Origin: Chiloscyllium plagiosum
Taxonomy: Eukaryota
Reading direction: 5' to 3'
NCBI RefSeq assembly: GCF_004010195.1
Contig: NC_057728.1
Location: 44,494,211 to 44,514,210, forward strand
DNA length: 20,000 nt
Numbering within the stretch: the stretch's first letter is position 1; the number at the start of each line of letters is the position of its first letter. The position numbers and the translations under genes are program-made. Below are positions 1 through 9,939 of the stretch, piece by piece. The notes beneath the pieces were generated by a model. The model was not told where the DNA came from, ran no database searches, and worked only from the letters and a program-made list of their open reading frames with translations.

Positions 1-331
1 CTTGTTTCAAGTAAAGTCCCAGCCTTACAGACCAATGCATTTTCACTTGTTACTGAAATTTGGTATAAAGTGCAAATCATCGTTTCATAGAATTTTGTTA
101 AAAATGATTAGTGCATAGACACGCACTAAAAACTAAGATGATATTTATAGATAATAGACCTTATAAATCAATGCTTCATTTTTAAAATGAAATTATAGTT
201 AACCTTTTGAAAATTTATAGGATCACCATTTAACTACTGCACAAATAAATTTGATTACATTTAATCTTAGTTTTTATGACCACAGATGTCTATGCACTAA
301 TGTTTTCAAACAAAATTCTGTGATACAATGA

Positions 332-762
332 TATGCAGTCCACACAAAGTTGGAAGTTGCAGTGAAATCAGAGAAGTTCATATATTACAGAATGACTTAG
401 GTCAAATGTATGAGTTGGCAGAATAAGGATGGTTGGTATTTATTGCAGATAAAATTAAACTACTGCATGCATGAAAAAAAAATATGCACCTGTTGAAATA
501 GTTAGAGAGGAAGTTGAAAGAAATTGGAAATCTTAATAAATTTGATGTCAAACATCTGGACTTTTTCATTTCTGCATTCATCCTGGCTGGTCATGTTAAT
601 GGGTGAAGAATCATGAACTGGCAAACACAAGCTTGGAAAATGTTGGCTTACCTGTCTCACCAATGTAGAACAACAAAAAAAAGCAATAAATATAATGTTG
701 AACTGCGTCACCAAATATAATATAAGAATACAAGTCAATGGAAGTTGTGTTGAGACAGTATA
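332..762 (+). mobile_element. Ancient, heavily decayed CR1 LINE ORF2 (RT C-terminal half), 5' part
   Basis: Manual translation gives CR1 motifs in the correct order: YAVHTKLEVAVKSEK (from 332; cf. FADDTKLGG.V.SEE), LQNDLGQMYELAE (385-423; cf. LQ.DLD.L.EWA), EYKSMEVVLRQY (726-761; cf. EYRSWEVMLRLY in the young copy in this window). Confidence 0.7.
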
Positions 763-1176
763 GTAGCTATTGGGAGAAGCTGAATAGGCTGGAACTGTTT
801 TCCCTGGAGTGTCAGAGGCTGAGGGGTGACCTTTTTGAGGTTTATAAAGACATGAGGGGCATAGATAGGGTAAATAGACAAGGTCTTTTCCCTCAGGTGG
901 GGGAGTCAAGAACTAGAGGGCATAGGTTGAGGTTGAGAAGGGAAAAAAAATTAAAGGGGACCTCTGAGGCAACTGTTTCATGCTGAGGATGGTGCATGTA
1001 TGGAATGAGCTGCCAGAGGGAGTGGTAGAGGCTGGTACAATTACAACATTTAAAAGGCATCTGGATGGGTATATGAATAGGAATGGTTTAGAGGGATACG
1101 GGCCAAGTGCTAGCAAATGGGACCATCATAGTTTAGGATGTCTAGTCAGTATGGATGTGTTGGAGTGACAGGTCTC
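763..1176 (+). mobile_element. 5'-truncated young CR1 LINE 3' end, frameshifted
   Basis: ORFs 738..986 and 980..1168 give SYWEKLNRLELFSLECQRLRGDLFEVYK...RTRGHRL and VWNELPEGVVEAGTITTFKRHLD; clearly homologous to the minus-strand copies at 2917-3275 and 3303-3730. Confidence 0.93.
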
Positions 1177-1197
1177 ACAAAGACAATGTGAGAAATT

Positions 1198-1700
1198 CTG
1201 GTGCTGGAGACTATTCATTCAGGATCTATAAGGCTGATGCAGAGCATTGAAGGTGTACATTCCAAGAAAAGGCTGAAGAAGCTTTGGAGTTTCAACCTGT
1301 GAGGCATTCTTCGAGAGGTATATAAGATAATTCAGAGAATTGTCATGAACATTCATGATGTTATGTTTTCAAAAACCAAACCATTTTTAAAATGGACACA
1401 AGAAGCTTTAAAAGAAATAGCTGATAAGAGTCCTTTACTTCTCTTGTGGAGAACTATAATTGGTCTGATGGAGGAACCATTCAGTACTATGAGGCTTGTA
1501 ATGGATATTTGAAATTCAAAGAGCCTCAGACATCAACATTAAAATTGCTAAAAGTGTGAGAATTGATATCTTCACTGTTGCTATCAGGAAAAATCTGTCC
1601 AAAGACTACAAACTAACTATCTTCCTGGTGTTGTTTGCAATGAAAACCTGCTGAAAGTTAAGATAGAAGCTAACTCAATTTTGAACTCTATAAAGTCTGG
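1198..1700 (+). mobile_element. Ancient CR1 continuation (3' part)
   Basis: 1198-1302 reads LVLETIHSGSIRLMQSIEGVHSKKRLKKLWSFNL* (cf. LERVQRRATRMIPGL.GLSYEERL..LGLFSL), then EVYKII near 1315-1332; similarity beyond about 1345 is weak and the end is approximate. Confidence 0.55.
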
Positions 1701-1984
1701 CTAGGAACAGTTATTTTGTGCAGAAATCACAGGAGAACCAAGAAAGACAGTTCTATGCCATAGCTCTCAGCTGAAATAACTGTGAACAGCATGTGGGCAT
1801 TGAATTTTCTCACTGTCACCAGGAATTACAGAGGATGGTGTTTAGAAATCATCCTTCCTCTGCTTAAAGAACTCTCACACAATCTTAAGCATTTTGCTGA
1901 CAGAGCCAGGCAGGGAAAGGAATCTTCACTCATCCCACAAGCTGCTGTATCTGCTGAGTTGCCAATAAATTCTATTTGATTCTT

Positions 1985-2223
1985 TCTCATGGTTGAGGAT
2001 GGCTTGCTTTCACACTAACATTGAGTTCTCAGATGGCCAAAGTGTCCAATGTATAACCTATAGCTGGGGCAGACAGTGGTTGTGGGATGCCTGGATTACT
2101 GCATTGGTCTTTCTCTGCTGGTGCTTGCCTATGAGCAATGACACTCAATGTTCACAAATCCTTTCCAGATGCTTTTCCTCCACTTTGGGTGGTCTTATGC
2201 CAGGCACTCCCAGTTATAGAAAG
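1985..2223 (-). mobile_element. RTE-clade LINE 3' end fragment (continues at 3287-3303)
   Basis: Joining 3303-3287 to 2219 and downward on the minus strand reads KCNIPIYNWECLA*DHPKWRKSIWKG, matching the RTE C-terminal W..LA.DR..WR motif. Confidence 0.7.
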
Positions 2224-3286
2224 TGATACGACATGGGGCTACATCCTGCTAATGTACACCAGATACACAGAAAAGCTCACCTTACACCATAATCTGTTAA
2301 AAAGAGCTATCCCAAATATCACTATTTAAAGAAACATTTAACAATTTTATTCATTAAGTTCAAAAGAGAACATTAAACAACAACTATTTATAACTCTTTT
2401 CTCTTAAACCTATTTCTACCTCCTACTCTACAACACTGGTCTGATAAATTCCCTCGCATATTTACGGCAAATCAATTTCAAACCCAGTTGTCATCTTCGG
2501 GTGTCAAGCTTTTTCTGTAGATTTCTCTAGGTTGGCTTCAGTCTTCTGCTGAACAAATTTTTTATAGACAGGTATCTTTCAGAGAGCTATTCTCTTGACT
2601 GTTATGTTGCTGCTGCTTGGCAGCTCTTTGCTGTTCTCACTCTAACTGTTCAAAATGTCTGATTTTATACTCGTAAACATCAGATCATTTCATTGGTTTG
2701 ATATCACCCAAACAGTAAAATTCAAATTCGATTGGATTTTGGTATCTGGGGCATAAGTTAAACGGGTTGGCTGAATTTGATTTTGTTTTTGTACCATGGC
2801 AACATAGCTCCAGCTATTTGTTTCAAACAAATGTTACATTTTAAACTTTTTCAGCACACTCTGTGCCCTCTCTTGGTCTGTGCCAGCTTCCACTCTTTCT
2901 TAAAGGTACAGGACATATAGAGTCATAGAGTCATAGAGATGTACAGCATGGAAACAGACCCATCAGTCCAACCCATCATTACCAACTAGATATCCCAACC
3001 CAATCTAGTCCCACCTGCCAACACCCTTCCCCTATTCCACCAAACCCTTCCTATTCATATACACATCCAAATGCCTCTTAAATGTTGCAATTTTACCAAC
3101 CTCCACCACTTCCTCTGGTAGCTCATTCCATACACATACCACCCTCTGAGTGAAAAATTACCCCACAGGTATCTTTTATATCTTTCCCCTCTCACCCTAA
3201 ACCTACGCCCTCTAGTTCTGGACTCCCCAACCCCAGGGAAAAGATTTTGCCTGTTTACCCTATCCATGCCCCTCACCTTCATAACA
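2224..3286 (-). mobile_element. Solo LTR (probably Gypsy-type), interrupted near one end by a CR1 fragment
   Basis: TG...CA termini (TGATACGA at 2224, TCATAACA ending 3286; imperfect inverted repeat); cleanly interrupts the RTE frame; AATAAA on the minus strand at 2346-2351; no coding content. Flanking 4-mers AAAG/ATTG match only 2 of 4. Confidence 0.7.
2917..3275 (-). mobile_element. 5'-truncated young CR1 3' end with octamer tail
   Basis: Tail (ATAGAGTC)x2 at 2917-2932; ORF 3055..3282 RGMDRVNRQNLFPGVGESRTRGRRFRVRGERYK. Confidence 0.95.
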
Positions 3287-3302
3287 ATTGGGATGTTGCA
3301 CT

Positions 3303-4976
3303 TAGAGTCATAGAGTCATAGAGATGTACAGCATGGAAACAGACCCTTCGGTCCAACCTGGCAATGCCGACCAGATATCCCAACCCAATCTAGTCCCACC
3401 TGCCAGCACCCAGCCCATATACCCATCCAATGCCTCTTAAATGTTGCAATTGTACCAGCCTCCTCCACTTCTTCTGGCAGCTCATTCCATATACGTACCA
3501 CACTCTGCATGAAAAAGTTGCCCCTTAGGTCTCTTTTATATCTTTCCCCTCTCACCCTAAACCTATGCTCTCTAGTTCTGGACATCCCGACCCCAGGGAG
3601 AAGAATTTGCCTTTTTATCCTATCCATGCCCCTCATAATTTTGTAAACATCTATAAGGTCACCCCTCAGCCTCCGACACTGCAGGGAAAACAGCCCCAGC
3701 CTGTTCAGCCTCTCCCTATAGCTCAAATCCTCCAACCATGGCAACATCCTTGTAAATCCTTTCTGAACCCTTTCAAGTTTCACAACATTCCAGTAGTGGC
3801 CTAACCAATGTCCTGTACAGCCGCAACATGACCTCCCAACTCCTGTACTCAATACTCTGACCAATAAAGGAAAGCATACCAAATGCCTTCTTCACTATCC
3901 TATCAACCTGCAACTCCACTTTCAAGGAGCTATGAACCTGCACTCCAAGNNNNNNNNNNNNNNNNNNNNNNNNNNNNNNNNNNNNNNNNNNNNNNNNNNN
4001 NNNNNNNNNNNNNNNNNNNNNNNNNNNNNNNNNNNNNNNNNNNNNNNNNNNNNNNNNNNNNNNNNNNNNNNNNNNNNNNNNNNNNNNNNNNNNNNNNNNN
4101 NNNNNNNNNNNNNNNNNNNNNNNNNNNNNNNNNNNNNNNNNNNNNNNNNNNNNNNNNNNNNNNNNNNNNNNNNNNNNNGACATGATTTCATACGCACATA
4201 GCCATGTTGACTATCCTGAATCAGTCCTTGCCTTTCCAAATACATGTACATCCTGTCCCTCAGGATTCCCTCCAACAACTTACCCACCACCGAGGTCAGG
4301 CTCACCGGTCTATAGTTCCCTGGCTTGTCCTTACTGGCCTTCTTAAACAGTGGCACCACGTTTGCCAACCTCCAGTCTTCTGGCACCTCACCTGTGACTA
4401 TTGATGATACAAATATCTCAGCAAGAGGCCCAGCAATCACTTCTCTAGCTTCCCACAGAGTTCTCAGGTACACCTGATCAGATCCTGGGGATTTATCCAC
4501 CTTTACCCTTTTCAAGACATTCAGCACTTCCTCCTCTGTAATCTGGACATTTTGCAAGATGTCACCATCTATCTCCCTGCAGTCTATATCTTCCATATCC
4601 TTTTCCACAGTAAATACTGATGCAAAATATTTAATTAGTTTCTCCCCCATTTTCTGTGGCTCCACACAAAAGCTGCCTTGTTGATCTTTGAGGGGCCCTA
4701 TTCTCTCCCTAGTTATCCTTTTGTCTTTAATATATTTGTAAAAACCCTTTGCATTCTCCTTAACTCTGTTTGCCAAAGCTATCTCACGTCACCTTTTTGC
4801 CCTCCTGATATCCCTCTTAAGTATACTCCTACTTCCTTTATACTCTTCTAAGGATTCACTCGATCTATCCTGTCTATACTTGACATATGCTTCCTCCTTT
4901 TTCTTAAACAAACCGTCAATTTTTTAGTCATCCAGCATTCGCTATACCTACCAGCCTTTCCTTTCACCCTGACAGG
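3303..4976 (-). mobile_element. 5'-truncated CR1 LINE, partial ORF2 reverse transcriptase, non-intact and spanning an N gap
   Basis: ORF 3922..4776 has KSPGSD...VPEDWRLANVVPLFKK...PGNYRPVSLTSVVGKLLEGILRD...QHG...KSC; ORFs 3773..4183 and 3316..3882 give the C-terminus with a frameshift; TAGAGTCA repeat tail at 3303-3318. Confidence 0.96.
3950..4178. other. Assembly gap (229 N)
   Basis: Run of n in the sequence. Confidence 1.
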
Positions 4977-6320
4977 TAATAATCATCACCAAAGAGAGAA
5001 AATCTAACCATTGCTTCTTGACAGTACCATTAACATGCCAGATCTCCAACGATCAACATCTTGGGATTATCATTGGCCAGAAATGGATTCAGACCAGCCA
5101 AATATATAGTGTCTACAAGAGCAGTTAGAAGCCAGAAATTCTGCAGTGACCAACTCATTTTCTGACTCCCCAAAACCTCCCTATTATCTACAAGTGTGAC
5201 AATGCTATTCCTTTAACAATATTAGGTTGTCCTAGGGTTTTTTTCAGATGGGTCATAAAGACAGAGGCTCTGTTTTGTCTGCGTTTACCTACATGAAGAA
5301 ACTTTTAATTTTAATAAAATTGTAAAATGGAAGAGGAGTGGCCATTTCTCCCAGCTCAGCTTTTCACTGGTTTGGTTTGGTTTGATTTTAGCAGTCTGGC
5401 TGTTCAGAGCAAGTGGTCAGTTTTTTGAGGCCTCTGGTCTAAGAAACAGCTGCATGGAAAAAGGTATTCCATGCTGAATCTCTCTGCCATCTCTCTCTCG
5501 ATATCTCTCTCCTGTAAGACCCTGTAAATGATTTAACATTTTTAGCCAAGGGGTGTTTATTAGGGATTGTTGCAGGAATTTGGAACAGCATCATTAATCT
5601 GGGATAATCTGTTCGATTTTTGGATAGGTTACGTTATTCTGCATTGTGTTCTTTGTTTGTGTTTCATTCGGTACTCTGTAAATAAATTCTGTTTTGTTTA
5701 AAGCCAAAGAGTTTTGACCAGCTGCATCACTCCTGGCATACCTGCTCAAAACAATCGGAAAAGTTAGGATCTGGGTTATCTTCTTGAAATGTTTTGATGG
5801 GGCCTGGCATGGTCCATAACACAAGACACAAGGCAGGAGTGTGATGGAATTTTCACCATCTGCTGAGGCTAAATGCAGCTCCAACTACACTCAAGAAAGT
5901 CAGCAGCATTGAATGTAAAACTCTTCACTTAATCCACAGCCCTCTAACACATTAAACATTAACCACTCCACCACTGACACACAGTGGCAGCAGTGTGTTC
6001 CATCTGCAATATGAGTTGCAGCATCTTTACAATTCTCCTTTGATAGAACCTTCCAAATCCATGACCTCTACCATCTAGAAGGGCAAAGGCAGCCATTACT
6101 CAGGAATAGCACTGTCTCTAAATTTCCCTCCAAGGCATATACCATCCCAACTTGGAACTATATCATTGCTCCTTCAATATTGCTGTGTCAGTTCCCTCCC
6201 TACCAGCACTCCCCACACATGAACTGCAGTGATTCAATAAGACTCAACACCACCTTCGCAAAGGCAAATAGGGGTGGATAATAAAAGTTGTTTTTTCTCA
6301 CATTCCCACAAATGAATAAA
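4973..6320 (+). mobile_element. Decayed LINE 3' portion of a second CR1/L2-group family, split by a solo LTR at 5195-5821
   Basis: TINILGLS near 5049-5072, LTPQNLPIIYK|TQGRSVMEFSP across the LTR, TVAAVCSIC near 5980-6006; ends ...CACATTCCCACAAATGAATAAA; homologous to 9605-9925 (-) and 18706-19100 (+). Confidence 0.85.
5195..5821 (+). mobile_element. Solo LTR, 627 bp, with perfect 4-bp TSD (Gypsy-type)
   Basis: Begins TGTGAC and ends ATAACA; CAAG at 5191-5194 and 5822-5825; AATAAA at 5681-5686; its removal restores the host LINE frame. Confidence 0.9.
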
Positions 6321-6789
6321 GCAAAGTGAGTACATTGGAATTATTCCACAGCTAATGGAAACTGGAAATCAGTCAGTCCCAGTTCCCTGGTAAAGATGTT
6401 ATTATGATATTGTTGTGCAAAATAGCTTATTTTTCAAGGTTTTGACTTCTTTAGACCCTCTAGCCAGCAAGAATACAGGGGTTGCTGGGAGGCCACTGTC
6501 ATTATTGTTGTGTTGTTAAAGTATGCTGCCAACATTTAACTAATAAAGTAGTTGTGAACTGAGGACACCCCTTAACTCTTTGCCATCATGTAAGTGATCT
6601 GTGTTGACTGTAGCTGGAAACTGAACTCCGTAACACTAAGACGCCCCAGAAGCCCTATAGCAAGATCAGAGGAGTTGAGACTTTGATGACTTGAACCCTC
6701 TCCCTTCTTCTGATTTTTGCCTGTGGTATTTTCTGGTGTGTAAAGGTCAGAAATTCTACTCTTGAAATTAAATTGTGAGAGTGAGAAAA

Positions 6790-7045
6790 TGGTTACAAGT
6801 GAAAAAAAGATATAAAAGGTATCAATACCAGGTACATTTCAGATTTAAAAACAATACATTTTTCTTCACACAAAAAGTGATAACCTGATGGAACGGATTT
6901 CCAGGCAAAGAGGAAGAAGTCCTGCAAATGTTTAAGATATAATTGGATTCTGCAATTGGGGGATCTTTAGGCTAATCATTAAGATGGGCAGAGTAGACTG
7001 ATGCATTAGAGCAATTTTCTGAGACGTTTCATAAATCCTAAAGGT
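6790..7045 (+). mobile_element. Old CR1 3' end fragment
   Basis: FFFTQKVIT*WNGFP near 6859-6903 (cf. FFTQRVV.VWNALP), then MFKI*LD. Confidence 0.65.
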
Positions 7046-7209
7046 TAAGGATATGAAAATGACTTTGGCATTATGAATAATTTGCTGAGGAGCACATCTA
7101 TTTTTAAATGTTCTTTTCATTTGAACCCCTCAGGAAAATTAGCCATGTTGTTTTTGTACCTTTCTGTGACCTGGTTAGCTCATTACGTATTCATCAACAT
7201 TTATAGCAT

Positions 7210-7458
7210 TAAGAACACAGGAACATAGGAAGAGGAATAGGTTATTCAGACTGTTGAGACTGCTCTGTCATTTGATACAATAATGGCTGATCAAACTCTT
7301 TAATGCTATTTAACAACATTATCCCCATGACCCTTTATGCTATTTATAATCAAAAATTCATCATCCTCTTCTTTAAATATATACAAAGGGTGAGCTTCCA
7401 CTGCTGCTGAGATGGAAAATTCCATAGATTCACCATCTTCTGAGTAAAATCATTTCTC
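7210..7458 (-). mobile_element. Old CR1 3' end fragment
   Basis: AAGAACAC/AGGAACAT-type tail, then AGGAATAGGTTATTCAG...ATGGCTGATC...TTCCATAGATTCACCATC, colinear with the copy at 19300-19573. Confidence 0.8.
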
Positions 7459-7464
7459 AGCTGT

Positions 7465-7502
7465 TCTCTACCTTTTTACTCCATCTCTACCTTTTTACTC
7501 CA
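7465..7502. repeat. Perfect 19-bp tandem duplication
   Basis: TCTCTACCTTTTTACTCCA at 7465-7483 and 7484-7502. Confidence 0.95.
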
Positions 7503-7697
7503 CTCCCTTCTCCCATCCCATCTTCAGCCTGTAAACCAACCTTTTGCTAGCAACAATCAGTTCTGAGGAAGGATCACAAGGCCCACAGCATTAACTCTGT
7601 TTTCGTTCCACAAATGCAACCAGATCCGCTGAGTGTTTCCAGCAATTTCAGTTTTTGTTTATGATTTCTAGCATCTACAGTTCTTTGTTTTATTTTG
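7503..7697 (+). mobile_element. Penelope-like element terminal repeat (family A) with decayed hammerhead core
   Basis: CTGAGGA at 7563-7569 followed by ...TTAACTCTGTTTT...GCTGAGTGTTTCCAGCAATTTC...CTAGCATCTACAGTTCTTTG, homologous to the reverse complement of 14331-14460. Confidence 0.7.
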
Positions 7698-7751
7698 CTT
7701 CATGGTGGCTGTGGACTCAACAGTCTAACTCTTATTCCCTAGGAGGTCCAG

Positions 7752-7913
7752 ATTGTTGTTTGTGGGCTATCACTGTCGACAAAATGACTGCTGTCTTTCA
7801 TATATTTTAGAAATGACAAGGTTACGTAAGCATTTGATTGGCTGGAAAGCATGTTTGGCCATCCTGAAGTTATGAAAGGAGCTGTACAAATGCAACTCTT
7901 TCATTCTTTCTTT
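7752..7913 (+). mobile_element. DeuSINE-like (SacSINE1/AmnSINE1-type) core end plus 3' tail
   Basis: TTTGTGGG...CAAAATGACTGCTG...TGATTGGCTGGAAAGCATGTTTGG...CCTGAAGTTATGAAAGGAGCTGTACAAATGCAA plus a (CTTT)-type tail; recognised from memory of the family. Confidence 0.7.
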
Positions 7914-7974
7914 ACAAGTTTTGGAATTGATTATCAGCATTGGCACAATAACAATCCAGTATAGGGCAGACATT

Positions 7975-8460
7975 CATAGAGTAGGGGAAAATTCTGCCTA
8001 GCCAACTTCCTCAACTTGTTTGAGGAACTGACAGTCCAAGTGAACTGGGCTAAACTCTGTGATGTGGTTTACCACAACTTCTAAAAGGCTTTTGGCCAAG
8101 TTCCAACAAAATTGCTATTCATTAAACTCAAAGCTATGTGGATTAAGGCTAAACCCTGGAAATGGATAAGAAACAGCTTAAGGAGAAGGAAATAACAATT
8201 GCTTATTAGTTATCTCAGAAATGGGGTGCCTCAGGGTTTGGTAATGAGGATGCTATTGTTTTTATTTTATATACATCATTTGATTTCATAAATTCAGTGA
8301 AAAGTGCTCAACTGCATAAGACATCAAACTAATACAGTGTCTGGAGATGCAGGGCACAGGGTCACTGGTCAGAAGAGGTAACGAAAGCCATGGATTTGGA
8401 GAAGCTATGTAAGTGAGCAGAACAATGTCAGATTACATTGGAATAAGTGCAAACTTTTAT
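7975..8460 (+). mobile_element. Ancient CR1 reverse-transcriptase core fragment
   Basis: GKFCLANFLNLFEELT...DVVYHNF*KAFGQVP...KLKAMWI...WIRNSLRRRK*...NGVPQGLVM..LLF (cf. GKSCLTNL.EFFEEVT...DVVYLDF.KAFDKVP...GVPQGSVLGPLLF). Confidence 0.88.
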
Positions 8461-8575
8461 TGCTGGAAATCTGAAATGAAAATCAAAATTACTGAAAGCC
8501 CATTAGAAGTCGGGCAGCATTTTTGGAAGGGTAAAAAAAGAAATGTCTGAGTCAAATTTGGCTCTTTGTTCGAAT
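8461..8575 (-). mobile_element. Decayed PLE terminal repeat (family A-like)
   Basis: TGCTGGAAATCTGAAATGAAAA...GTCGGGCAGCATT, colinear with the other copies; hammerhead core lost. Confidence 0.55.
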
Positions 8576-8714
8576 GCGACTTGTAGCAGGTTACATTGGC
8601 TTGGGTGAAATTTGAAGTGCAGTATGTGAGGATAAAATTGAATCTTTCATAGATTCCATGAATGGGATTGAATTTGTTAAGGATAAGATTAAAAGGGACC
8701 CGAGAATCTTAAGA

Positions 8715-8890
8715 AATGTTACATCCTTGTCAAAAAAATGGGAATAAGGATAAACCCACCCAGTCAGTTTAACATCAATAGTGGGAAAGCTTTCACAAAT
8801 GATAATCTCAGAAAAAATTAAAGATCTCTTGAACAAGAGCAAATTAATGGAGGAAAGGCATTTATTCAAGGCAAATCATGTTTAATTAAA
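8715..8890 (+). mobile_element. Ancient CR1 fragment (start of RT)
   Basis: NVTSLSKK...PVSLTSIVGKLSQMIISEKI...FIQGKSCLIK with frameshifts. Confidence 0.8.
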
Positions 8891-9015
8891 ATATTGCGGA
8901 TGCTGCACTAAAAAATGAAAAGTACTTGAAAACCTCAACAAGTCTGATAGCTTTCTGCGGTGAGAGAAACAGAGTGAACATTTCTAGTTTGCTATAATTC
9001 CTCTTTCGAACTGAA
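8888..9015 (-). mobile_element. Decayed PLE terminal repeat (family A-like)
   Basis: ATTGCGGATGCTG...CTCAACAAGTCTGATAGC...GAGAGAAACAGAGTGAACATTTC, a reverse-complement homologue of 7560-7695. Confidence 0.6.
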
Positions 9016-9539
9016 AAGGATCAACAGGTTCCTCTCTGTCTGTCTGGAGTGTAATCAAAGGTTGAAAAAGGAAATTGTGTACTCACCAAAACTCTTACCC
9101 CTGTCCATTCCTCAATTTCTGTAGTTGTGGCCTTGCTGTTTTTATGATGTTTTTGATGGAAGTTTTTAAAACATCACTGAATTGCATCAGGTTCCTCATT
9201 GAATTGACATCTCAGTCGTTTAGTTTCTGATTGTCCCTCCAGCTCGCGTGCCCATGATATCCCTTTGATTTGCCATGGACCATATCTCTGCACCAACTAC
9301 GGGAATGCACCCGTCAGAATTTCACTCTGGTGTACACAAAACAGTACCTGCTCCTGTTTTTCTCTCTCAATGAAAAATTGAAACCCATGAGTCAATTTGA
9401 AGTGACACATGTCCAGCAAGTTCAGAGCAATATTAATAACCAGTAGAATACTGAAGAACAGTCAAAACCATTGAGTACAAGCCAGAAGGTGAAACGATCA
9501 AAGATTATGGTGCTGCAGGCAGACCCCAGGTTGAATGAA

Positions 9540-9600
9540 GATAAAAACAAACAGAAGTACTTATCAGGTCAGGCAGCATCAATGGAGAGAAATAGAGCTT
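9540..9600 (-). mobile_element. Short PLE terminal-repeat fragment
   Basis: CAGGTCAGGCAGCATCAATGGAGAGAAATAGAG; CAGGTCAGGCAGCATC also occurs at 14873-14888. Confidence 0.55.
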
Positions 9601-9604
9601 TTAA

Positions 9605-9925
9605 GTTCATTCATGAGGTCTGGGCATCACTGACTGGGCCAGCATTTATTACCCATCCTTAGTTACACTTGAGAAGGTGGTGATGAGCTGTCTTCTTGAA
9701 ACACTGCCATCAATGTGCTGTTGGTACACCCAAGTGCTGTTACGAAGTGAGTTCCAGAATTTTGACTCTGCGACATTGAAGAAACAGCAATATATTTCCA
9801 AGTTGGGATGCTGAGTGGCTTGGAGTGGCTTGGAGGGGCATTTGCAGATGGTGACCTTTTCATGTATGTGCTGTCCTTTTCCTTCCAGATAATGATGATT
9901 GTGGGTTTGGAAGATGCCATTGTTA
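9605..9925 (-). mobile_element. 3' end of the second LINE family
   Basis: TTCATTCATGAGGTCTGGGCATCACTGACTGGGCCAGCATTTATT...TTTCCAAGTTGGGATG...TTTGGAAGATGC, the reverse complement of motifs at 6045-6320 and 18820-19100. Confidence 0.85.
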
Positions 9926-9939
9926 GAACCTCACATATA

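Noticed and set aside
502..1116. Minus-strand ORFs 502..909 and 913..1116
   Set aside because: Antisense frames of CR1 fragments.
2917..3640. Apparent 386-bp tandem duplication or array
   Set aside because: Two independent CR1 3' ends. They differ by many substitutions and an indel and are separated by the LTR end and RTE sequence.
3883..4201. Plus-strand ORFs 3883..4185 and 3932..4201
   Set aside because: Artefacts of the N run.
3922..4776. 284-aa ORF as a functional gene
   Set aside because: It is a CR1 ORF2 fragment, 5'-truncated, extended artificially through Ns and frameshifted downstream.
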